Shown: piece by piece, positions 29,855 through 38,588 of the stretch
Layout of the letters: the number at the start of each line of letters is the position of its first letter
Numbering within the stretch: the first letter of the stretch is position 1
From: an uncultured virus (IMG/VR IMGVR_UViG_3300025132_000029)
Lineage: Duplodnaviria; Heunggongvirae; Uroviricota; Caudoviricetes
Length of the DNA: 64,000 bases
Direction: 5' to 3' (one strand)
Virus record (IMG/VR): IMGVR_UViG_3300025132_000029
Notes under the pieces: model-generated
Database searches by the model: none
What the model was told of the DNA's origin: nothing
What the model saw: the letters and a program-made list of their open reading frames with translations, nothing else
Position numbers and translations under genes: made by a program

Positions 29855-32599
29855 ATGGCCGAAAAAATAGTTAGTCCTGGTGTATTTACCTTAGAAAAGG
29901 ACCTCTCATTTGTCCCACAGGGTGTGTCTGAAATTGGAGCGGCGATAGTAGGACCTACAGAGAAGGGCCCTGCATTCGTACCAACTTTAGTTTCAAACTA
30001 CGGAGAGTTTGAGAGAATATTTGGAACAGACACAGATGTGTCATATGTACCCTACACAGTTAAAGAATATTTGCAAAGTGCAGGAACTGTAACAATCGTT
30101 AGAGTTTTAGATGTTGGTGGTTATACACTAACACCACTTGGAATACAATTATCAGATTCAGGAAATGCGGCAGCTGCTGCTTCTGGGTCATTGACACTTA
30201 GAAGTATTTCAGGTTCAGACTTCTTTATTACTGGTTCAGGTGGTACAATTTATAAATTTGTTGGTACAACCGACATAGGTGCAACTGATGAAGATTCAGA
30301 TACTACAAAACTATTCTTTATCTCTGGTGGAGACGTAAGTCATGCAGCTCTATCTGCATCTTTTGAAAACTTCATCAACGAGTTAAATGCTAACTCAACA
30401 ACAATGGGTATTAATTTCCAAACATCATCAGCAGCTGGACAATTTTCAGTTCATATGACTGCATCTACTGCAGGTACTGGTGGTAACACGTTAGGAATTA
30501 AAATGTCAGCAACCGCTTCTCAAGTTGATACATTAGAAGGTGGTACTGCTGCAGGAGCTGGTGCAAGATTAGTATCAGTTATCCATCCAGGAAACAATGC
30601 AAATGACGCAACAGGTAATTATGATGCTTCAACATTCGGCACGTCTACATCAACAAGTACTCTGTTTAGATTATCTGGTTCAGCTGATACAACTGGAACA
30701 GATGTAACTGCATCGTTTAACACATCAGACAACACATACATTGAGAATATATTTGATGATACACCTAAATCTGCTAAGTCAGGATACTTACTAGTTAACT
30801 TTAGAGAATATCAAGCAAGTTCATATACAACGGCAACATCAGTATCATACGTAACAAGTTCTATTGATTACGGAAATGGTGGAACAGATGCTAGCCCAGC
30901 GTATAAACAAGCAGCTACTCCAATGATTACTTCACAATTTATCGATGGTACAAATACTACTGATTTATTCCAAGTAAAAACAAGAGCTCATGGTGATTCA
31001 ACAAACCGTTCTTATAAAATAGCTATTACAGATGTTAAATTTGCAAGTGAAGTACCAAATAGTGATTATGGTACGTTTACACTTTCAGTTAGAGACTTTA
31101 ATGATACTGATAAAAACCCAGTAGTATTGGAATCTTTTGCTGGTTTAACATTAAATAGAATGTCTCCAAACTTTGTTAGTAGAGTAATTGGTGACCAAAA
31201 CATAACTGTAGATGGTGATGGTAAAATTACCGTTTCTGGTGACTATCCAAATAGAAGCCAATACATCTACTTAGCACCAGCAACTGGATTAAATGAAGGT
31301 GGTCTTGCTAAACCATTAGTACCATTTGGATTTGCTAAGGTTAAAGAACCAACCCCAGCAGCATTTGGAACATGTCCAACTGCATCGTTGAAAACAACAC
31401 AAATAGATAGTGCAGGTGCATATCAATCATATGTTCACTACGGATTTGATTTTGATAATATATTAACAGCAAATGACAATATCAATTACTTAAACCCAAT
31501 TGATACAAATGCAGGAAATGGTAACAATGTAATATTTAACCTTGCTGCTAATTTCTCTCATATTAGTCATTCAACTGCTGCAAGCTTATCATTATCAGGT
31601 TCTACTTCACCACTTAACGCAAGAAAGTTCGCTGTTCCATTCCAAGAAGGATTTAATGGAATGAATCCAGGTGTTAAGAAAAATGCAGGTGGAGATATAA
31701 CTGCAGGTAATACATTCGGATTCAATCTTACATCAGCTACTGATACAGGTGCTAAATCATATAAGAAAGCATTAAAGGCAATCAGTAACCAAGATGAGTT
31801 TGATATTAATATGATCGTAACTCCTGGTGTTATTTCAAGATTACACGCTTCAACTGCTCAACAAGCAATTGATGTTGCAGAACAAAGAAGTGACTGTTTC
31901 TATATAATGGATGCAGGAGCTAAAACTGATTCTATATCATCAATAACTGGTGAAGTTGAAAATTATGATACTAGTTACGCTGCAACATACTACCCATGGG
32001 TTAAGATACGAGATGCTGCTACGAACCAATTTAAGTTTGTACCGCCATCAGTAGTACTACCTGGAGTATATTCATTCAATGACAAAGTTGCTCATGAATG
32101 GTTTGCACCGGCTGGTCTTAACAGAGGTGGACTTACAACTGTAACTGACGTATACAATAGATTAACACATGCAGATAGAGATGAACTATATGATGGAAGA
32201 GTTAATCCTATTGCATCGTTCCCAGGACAAGGTGTAACTGTATTTGGACAGAAAACATTACAGGTTAAAGCGTCTGCTCTTGACAGAGTAAATGTTAGAA
32301 GATTATTAATTAACCTTAAGAAATTCATTGCATCAACTGCTAGATTCTTAGTATTTGAAAATAACACTACAGCAACAAGAAATAGATTCCTAAGTACAGT
32401 GAATCCATATCTAGAAAGTGTACAACAAAACCAAGGACTATATGCGTTTAGAGTTGTAATGGACGAAACAAACAATACCCCAGATATGATTGATAGAAAT
32501 ATCATGAAAGGTGAAATATTTATTCAACCTGCGAAAGCAGCAGAATTTATAGTTGTTGACTTCAACATTTTACCAACTGGAGCATCGTTTAATGACTAA
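29855..32599 (+). CDS. Contractile tail sheath protein (gp18-like)
   Basis: SPGVFTLEKDLS, YAATYYPW, WFAPAGLNRG, GQKTLQ, RVNVRRL. Confidence 0.97.
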   Translation: MAEKIVSPGVFTLEKDLSFVPQGVSEIGAAIVGPTEKGPAFVPTLVSNYGEFERIFGTDTDVSYVPYTVKEYLQSAGTVTIVRVLDVGGYTLTPLGIQLSDSGNAAAAASGSLTLRSISGSDFFITGSGGTIYKFVGTTDIGATDEDSDTTKLFFISGGDVSHAALSASFENFINELNANSTTMGINFQTSSAAGQFSVHMTASTAGTGGNTLGIKMSATASQVDTLEGGTAAGAGARLVSVIHPGNNANDATGNYDASTFGTSTSTSTLFRLSGSADTTGTDVTASFNTSDNTYIENIFDDTPKSAKSGYLLVNFREYQASSYTTATSVSYVTSSIDYGNGGTDASPAYKQAATPMITSQFIDGTNTTDLFQVKTRAHGDSTNRSYKIAITDVKFASEVPNSDYGTFTLSVRDFNDTDKNPVVLESFAGLTLNRMSPNFVSRVIGDQNITVDGDGKITVSGDYPNRSQYIYLAPATGLNEGGLAKPLVPFGFAKVKEPTPAAFGTCPTASLKTTQIDSAGAYQSYVHYGFDFDNILTANDNINYLNPIDTNAGNGNNVIFNLAANFSHISHSTAASLSLSGSTSPLNARKFAVPFQEGFNGMNPGVKKNAGGDITAGNTFGFNLTSATDTGAKSYKKALKAISNQDEFDINMIVTPGVISRLHASTAQQAIDVAEQRSDCFYIMDAGAKTDSISSITGEVENYDTSYAATYYPWVKIRDAATNQFKFVPPSVVLPGVYSFNDKVAHEWFAPAGLNRGGLTTVTDVYNRLTHADRDELYDGRVNPIASFPGQGVTVFGQKTLQVKASALDRVNVRRLLINLKKFIASTARFLVFENNTTATRNRFLSTVNPYLESVQQNQGLYAFRVVMDETNNTPDMIDRNIMKGEIFIQPAKAAEFIVVDFNILPTGASFND

Positions 32600-32615
32600 A
32601 AACCTGTGAAGGTAG

Positions 32616-32623
32616 ATATTTAT
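32616..32623 (+). promoter_or_regulatory. Putative late promoter motif ATATTTAT
   Basis: Recurrent motif upstream of the tube gene. Confidence 0.6.
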
Positions 32624-32642
32624 AATAAATGGAGAAAATAAA

Positions 32643-33131
32643 ATGGCAGAGTTAATCGACCCAAATGAAATAATGTTTAGAGCTTTTCAGCCGAAAGTTC
32701 AAAACCGATTTGTAATGATAATTGATGGTATACCTAGTTTTATCTGTAAAAGAGCTAGTAGACCAAGTATCAATACAGAAGCAAAAAAGTTAGACCACAT
32801 AAACACTTACAGAAAGATTGCAGGTAAATCTGAGTGGCAAGACGTTACTGTAGGACTATATGATCCTATTGTACCATCTGGTGCACAAGCTGTAATGGAG
32901 TGGGTAAGACTACACTATGAATCAGTAACAGGTAGAGCAGGATATAGCGATTTCTATAAGAAAGACGTTACATTCCATGTATTAGGACCTGTTGGTGACA
33001 AAGTAGAAGAATGGACACTTAAAGGTGCATTTATTACTGCTGCTACATTTGGTGATTTAGATTGGACGGCTGACGAACCACTAGAAATCGAAATGACTCT
33101 ATCTTACGACTACGCAATATTACAATTCTAA
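32643..33131 (+). CDS. Tail tube protein (gp19-like)
   Basis: QNRF, YKKD, EEWTLKGAF, LSYDY; follows the sheath gene. Confidence 0.92.
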   Translation: MAELIDPNEIMFRAFQPKVQNRFVMIIDGIPSFICKRASRPSINTEAKKLDHINTYRKIAGKSEWQDVTVGLYDPIVPSGAQAVMEWVRLHYESVTGRAGYSDFYKKDVTFHVLGPVGDKVEEWTLKGAFITAATFGDLDWTADEPLEIEMTLSYDYAILQF

Positions 33132-33153
33132 TCATTGTGTAATAAATATTCAG

Positions 33154-33181
33154 AAAAGGTCCCAGTTTTGGGACTTTTTTT
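33154..33181 (+). terminator. Intrinsic terminator after the tube gene
   Basis: AAAAGGTCCCA-GTTT-TGGGACTTTTTT. Confidence 0.8.
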
Positions 33182-33192
33182 GTTTTATAAAT

Positions 33193-33200
33193 ATATTTAT
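33193..33200 (+). promoter_or_regulatory. Putative late promoter motif ATATTTAT
   Basis: Recurrent motif. Confidence 0.55.
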
Positions 33201-33246
33201 ATATACCAATGAACAACAATAGTTTTATTAAATAGGAGAAAAAGTT

Positions 33247-34170
33247 ATGAGCAGTATGGACCCAGATTATCCTGGAGCACAGGGGAAACCAAAAACTGAA
33301 GTTTCAAATACAGAATTGAAACAACAACTCAAAGAACAATACCAAGAAAAGAAGCAAGTAGAAAAGACGTCAACAAAAGTTGACCCAGTTAATTTTCCAA
33401 CGGAAATAATTGAGCTTCCTAGTAAAGGTTTAGTTTACACAAAAGATAACCCATTATCATCAGGTTTAATTGAAATGAAATATATGACAGCGAGAGAGGA
33501 AGATATTCTAACTACTCAGTCATATATTAAACAAGGAATTGTACTTGATAAATTATTTCAAGAATTGATTATAAGTAATGGTGAAGGTTTAGCTATTAAC
33601 TACAATGATTTAGTTGTAGGTGATAAAAATGCAATTATGGTTGCAGCAAGAGTATTAGGATATGGTAAAGATTATACTATCGAAATCATAGACCCAACAG
33701 ATGATGCTGGTAAAAAGCAAGAACAAACATTTGATATATCTAATTTACCAGATAAAGAAATTGCAGATATAATTCATGAAAATCCACATGTAGGAGAATA
33801 CCCATTTACACTTCCAAAGGCAGGAAAGAAAATTAAGGTACAGTTAATTACTCATGGTGAAGAAAAGAAGTTAGAGCGTAAAGTTGCAGGTATTAAGAAA
33901 AGGTCTAAAGGCCAAGATGCAACAAATAGAATGTTGAGTACTCGATTAAAGACATTAATTGTAGAAGTAGACGGTGAAAGAAACGTACCTTATATTAATA
34001 AGTTTGTCGATGAAATGTTACTTGCTCAAGACGCCCGAGCAGTTAGAACGTTTATAGGTGACATTATGCCAGATGTGGATATGTCATTTAAGTTTATCAG
34101 CGATGAAACTGGCGAGGAGAGGGAGATGGAGATACCGATTGGTATCACGTTTTTTTGGCCTGACGCCTAA
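33247..34170 (+). CDS. Tail assembly chaperone / baseplate hub assembly protein (gp26-like)
   Basis: ELPSKG, MKYMTAREEDIL, ends FFWPD; lies between tube and tape measure genes. Confidence 0.8.
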   Translation: MSSMDPDYPGAQGKPKTEVSNTELKQQLKEQYQEKKQVEKTSTKVDPVNFPTEIIELPSKGLVYTKDNPLSSGLIEMKYMTAREEDILTTQSYIKQGIVLDKLFQELIISNGEGLAINYNDLVVGDKNAIMVAARVLGYGKDYTIEIIDPTDDAGKKQEQTFDISNLPDKEIADIIHENPHVGEYPFTLPKAGKKIKVQLITHGEEKKLERKVAGIKKRSKGQDATNRMLSTRLKTLIVEVDGERNVPYINKFVDEMLLAQDARAVRTFIGDIMPDVDMSFKFISDETGEEREMEIPIGITFFWPDA

Positions 34171-34426
34171 GGATAAACCATTACTTCATAAGGCTATATT
34201 TCAACTTGTATTTTTTGGGGGTGAAACTGGTGCAGGTTTTTCATGGGATGTAGTTTATAATTTACCAATATGGTTAAGAAATTTTTATTCTGATGAAGTA
34301 GAGGCATGGTTCCGAAGAAAGAACGAAGCTTCAACTGACCGGAACTTTAATAAGAACAACAAAGACAAAAATAATAAAACATCTGGAGTTGTTAATCCCC
34401 CATCATTTGGTACCGGAGGCCGCTAA
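34150..34426 (+). CDS. Frameshifted C-terminal extension of the tail chaperone (GT-like)
   Basis: Plausible protein sequence starts at FFGLTPK over a 7-T run (34150-34156); no in-frame ATG downstream of the run. Confidence 0.7.
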
Positions 34427-34442
34427 TTTTTAGCGGCTTCTT
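34416..34442 (+). terminator. Hairpin / probable terminator
   Basis: GAGGCCGCTA / TAGCGGCTTC stem at the end of the frameshifted ORF. Confidence 0.55.
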
Positions 34443-34443
34443 G

Positions 34444-34451
34444 ATATTTAT
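34444..34451 (+). promoter_or_regulatory. Putative late promoter motif ATATTTAT
   Basis: Recurrent motif upstream of the tape-measure operon. Confidence 0.6.
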
Positions 34452-34488
34452 AATTGAGTATAAATACCACTAATAGAGGAGAATTTAC

Positions 34489-34698
34489 ATGATTGGTAAA
34501 GCACTAGGACGATTCATAGCATTCATTGCAGGAGCAGGTCCATATAAAGAACTTAAAAATATTGTAAAAGACAATCCAGAATTCGCAAACGAATATCGTT
34601 CAATAAGATCCGATTTAGATAGAGACATTGCAGAGGCAGAAGCTTTATTAAAAAAGATACAAAAGAAAACTGGTAAAAAAATAAAATCAATTAAGTAA
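34489..34698 (+). CDS. Small hypothetical protein
   Basis: 69 aa, GAGGAG SD. Confidence 0.7.
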   Translation: MIGKALGRFIAFIAGAGPYKELKNIVKDNPEFANEYRSIRSDLDRDIAEAEALLKKIQKKTGKKIKSIK

Positions 34699-34724
34699 CA
34701 ATTATTTCAACAATAGGTTAACCA

Positions 34725-37700
34725 ATGGCTACACAAAAAAACATAGATAGTCTTCGTGAGCAAAGCGAGATAATGGATGGGTTAGTTTCTAAACAAGAGA
34801 AGCTATCACAACTATATTCTAAACAGCAAACAGCTTATGAGGCAATGGACAAGCGAACAACTGAAGCAAAAAACTTGTCTAAAGTTCTTGTGATGAATAA
34901 AGCCAAAGAGGTTAAACACCAGGAAAAATTAAATAATTTTGCAGACAAATACGAAAAGACCTTAAAGAAAGTTGAGCGTGCACAACAAAGAATGAATATG
35001 AATATTGATAAAGTATCTGGAAAATTTGCAGATATGGCAAGAAATGTTCCGTTCATTGGTGATAACCTTGCACAGAGTATTGAAGATGGTGCAGAAGATG
35101 CTAAAAAGGCAATGGGATCATTCTTTGATAAATCAATGACTCAACAAGAAAGAATGAAAAAAGGTTTTAAGGGAATGGGTAGCGTTGTTAAGATGGTATT
35201 TGGTGGTTTAATAATGGCCGCTATAGGTGGAATCTTTTCATTTATCTTTCAACAAATCCAACGTGCACGTGACTTAATGTATGAAATAGACTCAGCAGCA
35301 ACTGGTGTTCAACGAAGTCTAAAGTTAAGTGGAAAAGGTGTTGCTAATTTAACAAGAGGTTTAAGTGGTGTAAAATATTACGGTGATGCATTTGCTTCAT
35401 CAATGACGGCTGTACAAGAGTCAATGGGATTCCTTCCACAACTTACAGCTAAAGAAGCCAACCTAATGGCTAGGTTAAATAAAAACATGGGTCTTGGTGC
35501 TGACACAATAGCATCCATGTATAAAAATGCCAGCAGAATGAATATGTCATTTGACAAGTATGCTGACCATGTTGATAGAACAACCAAAATGCTCAATGAG
35601 CAAATGGGCACTAACTTTACAATTGCAGAAATACAAGAAGAGATTGCAAAGGCTGGTGATGATGTACTTGCAATGTACCAAAAAGAAAATGGCGAACTTG
35701 AAAAACAAGTAATGCTTGGTAAAAAGATTGGTCTTAACCTATCACAACAAGCTAAAATGGCTAGAGGTTTACTTGATATTGAATCTTCACTTGAGGCTCA
35801 AATGGAAGCCCAAATGTTGACGGGTAAACAACTTAATTTTGATAAAGCAAGACAGTTGGCATTAGAAGGTGATACTGCCGGTGCAAGTAAAGCAATACTT
35901 GACCAAGTAGGTGGTGTAGCAGAATTCAACAAAATGAATATTCTACAGAAAGAAGCAATTGCAAAGGCTGCAGGATTAGAAGTTGGTGAACTTGAAAAAT
36001 CACTAGAGACACGAGAAAAAATAGCAGCTGGTGACCAAATGGCTGGAGATACTGGTACATTAGCACAAGGTGCAGGAAATGTAAGTGCAAGTGAAGCTAA
36101 AGAAATGAGAGAAGATGCAATTGCAAGTCAATTCTCAGGTATAGCAGAAAAGATTGAAAATATTAAAAAGAACATTCAAAATTTTGTTCTTAAACATTTA
36201 CCAACAGTTATTGATTTTTTAGAGAAAAATGGTGGAACACTTCTTAAAGTTGCAGGTGTTTTAACTGGTGCATACATATTAAAGAAAGCATTTAATTCAT
36301 TAAAGGTATTGTTTGGAGGAAGAAGTAACTTTTTTGAAAAAGGTACAATGATGAATCCAATGGTTACTGCACCAATTGGTGGAAGTGGCGGTGGTGGAGG
36401 TGACTTCACTGATATGATAAGAGGTGCAAAGAAAGGTGATATATTCAAATATCTTAAAAAAGGATTTAGTCCAAAAAATATTACAAGAACTCTTAATCGT
36501 GGTATTATAAAGGGATTTGGTAAAAGTGGATTCAAAACACTAGCTAGGTTAGGTGGTGGTAGTGCAATAAAGGCATTAAGTGGAGCAGCAGGTCTTATAA
36601 CAACTGGTGTAATGGTTGCAAAAGATTTAAGTGACGCATCAACATCAAGAAGTGGTCGTCAAAGAGGAGCTGCAAATACTGGTGCTGCAGGAGCTGCAAC
36701 AGGTGCTGCACTAGGAGCTGCTATTGGTAGTGTAATTCCAGGTGTTGGTACATTACTTGGTGCTGGTGTTGGTGCAGGTATAGGATACTTAACTGGTAAA
36801 ATTATAGGTAGTAGTGATGCATTTGCAAATAGTTTTGATAAAGCATCAGAAAAATTAGATGCAGCGTTTAAGGCAAGAACAGATATAGAAGATAGACTAA
36901 TTGGTCAATATGGAGAAATACCTCCACACGTACAAGAACTAATGAATAGTTTAGATGAGGCATCCAATGCAAATATGGAAGCAGTTTATGCACAAGACAA
37001 TGCACTGTCACAACAACAAGCTGCTATGGAAGAGGCCTCTGGATTTTTTAATGATAATGAATCCCAAATTATTGGCGCAATGTTTCCACCAGAAATAGCT
37101 GAACGTGTAGAAAGACAAGCACAAAACTTTATTGATGATGGTGGTGGAACAATGGCAGAATTCTTTGATGAGTTCCCTCACTACAAAAAACAAATGTACG
37201 ACTTGTATACTTCAGGTGTTGAAGATGCTGAAATGAAACAAAGTATAATCAACAAGTTAGACGAACAAATGCAAGATGATTTTTCTAGTATGAGACAGTT
37301 TGGTAATCGTCTACAAGATGTAAGTTCAGAAGTTGGTAGTTTTTCACAAGCATGGATGATGGAAGTAATGGCATCTGATGAACGTGTAAAGAATAAAGCA
37401 ATTGACTTACAACAGGAACTATATGATGAAATAGGTGGATTTGAAAATGCAACTGCACAACAAAAGAAAGACATTAATAAAAAAGTAGAAGCAGAAATGA
37501 AAGTCTTTAGACAGGAAGAAGAGAAAAAGTTAAATGCAACCAAGCTTGAGATGGAGGAAGACTATGGTAAAACATGGTGGGGTAGAATGGGAGACTTTGC
37601 ATCTGAAAAGTGGGCGGCAGCAGCTGAATGGGCAAAAGGTGCATGGGATTCAATATCAGGTTGGGCTAGTGGAGTTTGGGATAGTGTATCAACTTGGGCC

Positions 37701-38588
37701 AGCGGTGCATGGGAATCTACTAAAAACTTTGCAAGTAATGCATGGGAAAAAACAAAAGGATTTGCAAGTAGTGCTTGGGAAAATACTAAAACATTTGCAA
37801 GCAATACTTGGAATTCAATTGGAGACATGGCAAGTAGTGTATGGTCAAGTATAAGTAGTTTTGCCGGTGGAGTATGGGATTCTATAACAGGTTTTGCAAG
37901 TGACTGTTGGGATGGCATATCTGGTGTTGCAACTGATGTATGGGACAGTGTATCAGGAACAGCAACAGAAGTATGGGATACTGTATCAGGAACAGCTTCT
38001 GCTGCATGGGATGGAATTCAAAATGCAGGAACGGCAGTATATAATGCAATGCCGGAATCTTGGCAAAATTCATTAGATAGTATAGTTAGTAAAGCCGGTG
38101 ATATGTGGGATAGTGTAAAAGGAATGGCAAGTGGAGTTTGGGACAGTGTATCAGGTTGGGCTGAAGGAGCATTTGACAAAGCTAAGAGTTTAGTAAGTAA
38201 TGCCTGGGAAGGTGCAAAGGATGTTGGTAGTTCTATTATTGATACATTAGTTTTCTGGGATGATGGTATTATCACAAGTGATGGTACAATGATACAAACA
38301 GACCCAGCAGATTATATTATGGCAACCAAAAATCCATTTAAGAGTTTTGCACAAGGTATTGCTGGTGGAGCTGGAAAAGTATTTGACGCTGTTGGTAGTA
38401 TATTTGGTGATGAATCAGAAAAAGAAGACGAACGTGAAAAGGATAGAAATAGACAACATGCAGAATTAATGGGTGCACTACACGCACTTATTAGAGTAAC
38501 CAAAGAAGGAACTGTAACATTAAATATGGACGGTAAAAAAGTTGGTGAAACTGTTCATGCATCATTAGCACCTAGAGGAGTAGTATAA
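34725..38588 (+). CDS. Tape measure protein
   Basis: 1287 aa, helical, Gly/Ala-rich hydrophobic stretch, 11-aa Trp-periodic repeats, position after tube and chaperone. Confidence 0.88.
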   Translation: MATQKNIDSLREQSEIMDGLVSKQEKLSQLYSKQQTAYEAMDKRTTEAKNLSKVLVMNKAKEVKHQEKLNNFADKYEKTLKKVERAQQRMNMNIDKVSGKFADMARNVPFIGDNLAQSIEDGAEDAKKAMGSFFDKSMTQQERMKKGFKGMGSVVKMVFGGLIMAAIGGIFSFIFQQIQRARDLMYEIDSAATGVQRSLKLSGKGVANLTRGLSGVKYYGDAFASSMTAVQESMGFLPQLTAKEANLMARLNKNMGLGADTIASMYKNASRMNMSFDKYADHVDRTTKMLNEQMGTNFTIAEIQEEIAKAGDDVLAMYQKENGELEKQVMLGKKIGLNLSQQAKMARGLLDIESSLEAQMEAQMLTGKQLNFDKARQLALEGDTAGASKAILDQVGGVAEFNKMNILQKEAIAKAAGLEVGELEKSLETREKIAAGDQMAGDTGTLAQGAGNVSASEAKEMREDAIASQFSGIAEKIENIKKNIQNFVLKHLPTVIDFLEKNGGTLLKVAGVLTGAYILKKAFNSLKVLFGGRSNFFEKGTMMNPMVTAPIGGSGGGGGDFTDMIRGAKKGDIFKYLKKGFSPKNITRTLNRGIIKGFGKSGFKTLARLGGGSAIKALSGAAGLITTGVMVAKDLSDASTSRSGRQRGAANTGAAGAATGAALGAAIGSVIPGVGTLLGAGVGAGIGYLTGKIIGSSDAFANSFDKASEKLDAAFKARTDIEDRLIGQYGEIPPHVQELMNSLDEASNANMEAVYAQDNALSQQQAAMEEASGFFNDNESQIIGAMFPPEIAERVERQAQNFIDDGGGTMAEFFDEFPHYKKQMYDLYTSGVEDAEMKQSIINKLDEQMQDDFSSMRQFGNRLQDVSSEVGSFSQAWMMEVMASDERVKNKAIDLQQELYDEIGGFENATAQQKKDINKKVEAEMKVFRQEEEKKLNATKLEMEEDYGKTWWGRMGDFASEKWAAAAEWAKGAWDSISGWASGVWDSVSTWASGAWESTKNFASNAWEKTKGFASSAWENTKTFASNTWNSIGDMASSVWSSISSFAGGVWDSITGFASDCWDGISGVATDVWDSVSGTATEVWDTVSGTASAAWDGIQNAGTAVYNAMPESWQNSLDSIVSKAGDMWDSVKGMASGVWDSVSGWAEGAFDKAKSLVSNAWEGAKDVGSSIIDTLVFWDDGIITSDGTMIQTDPADYIMATKNPFKSFAQGIAGGAGKVFDAVGSIFGDESEKEDEREKDRNRQHAELMGALHALIRVTKEGTVTLNMDGKKVGETVHASLAPRGVV
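37576..38260 (+). repeat. 33-nt (11-aa) Trp-anchored tandem repeats in the tape measure gene
   Basis: AWDSISGWASG VWDSVSTWASG AWESTKNFASN AWEKTKGFASS ... Confidence 0.85.

Noticed and set aside
34058..34149. Independent start at 34058 for the 122-aa ORF
   Set aside because: The N-terminal segment overlaps the chaperone and has atypical composition; a frameshift at 34150-34156 explains the ORF better
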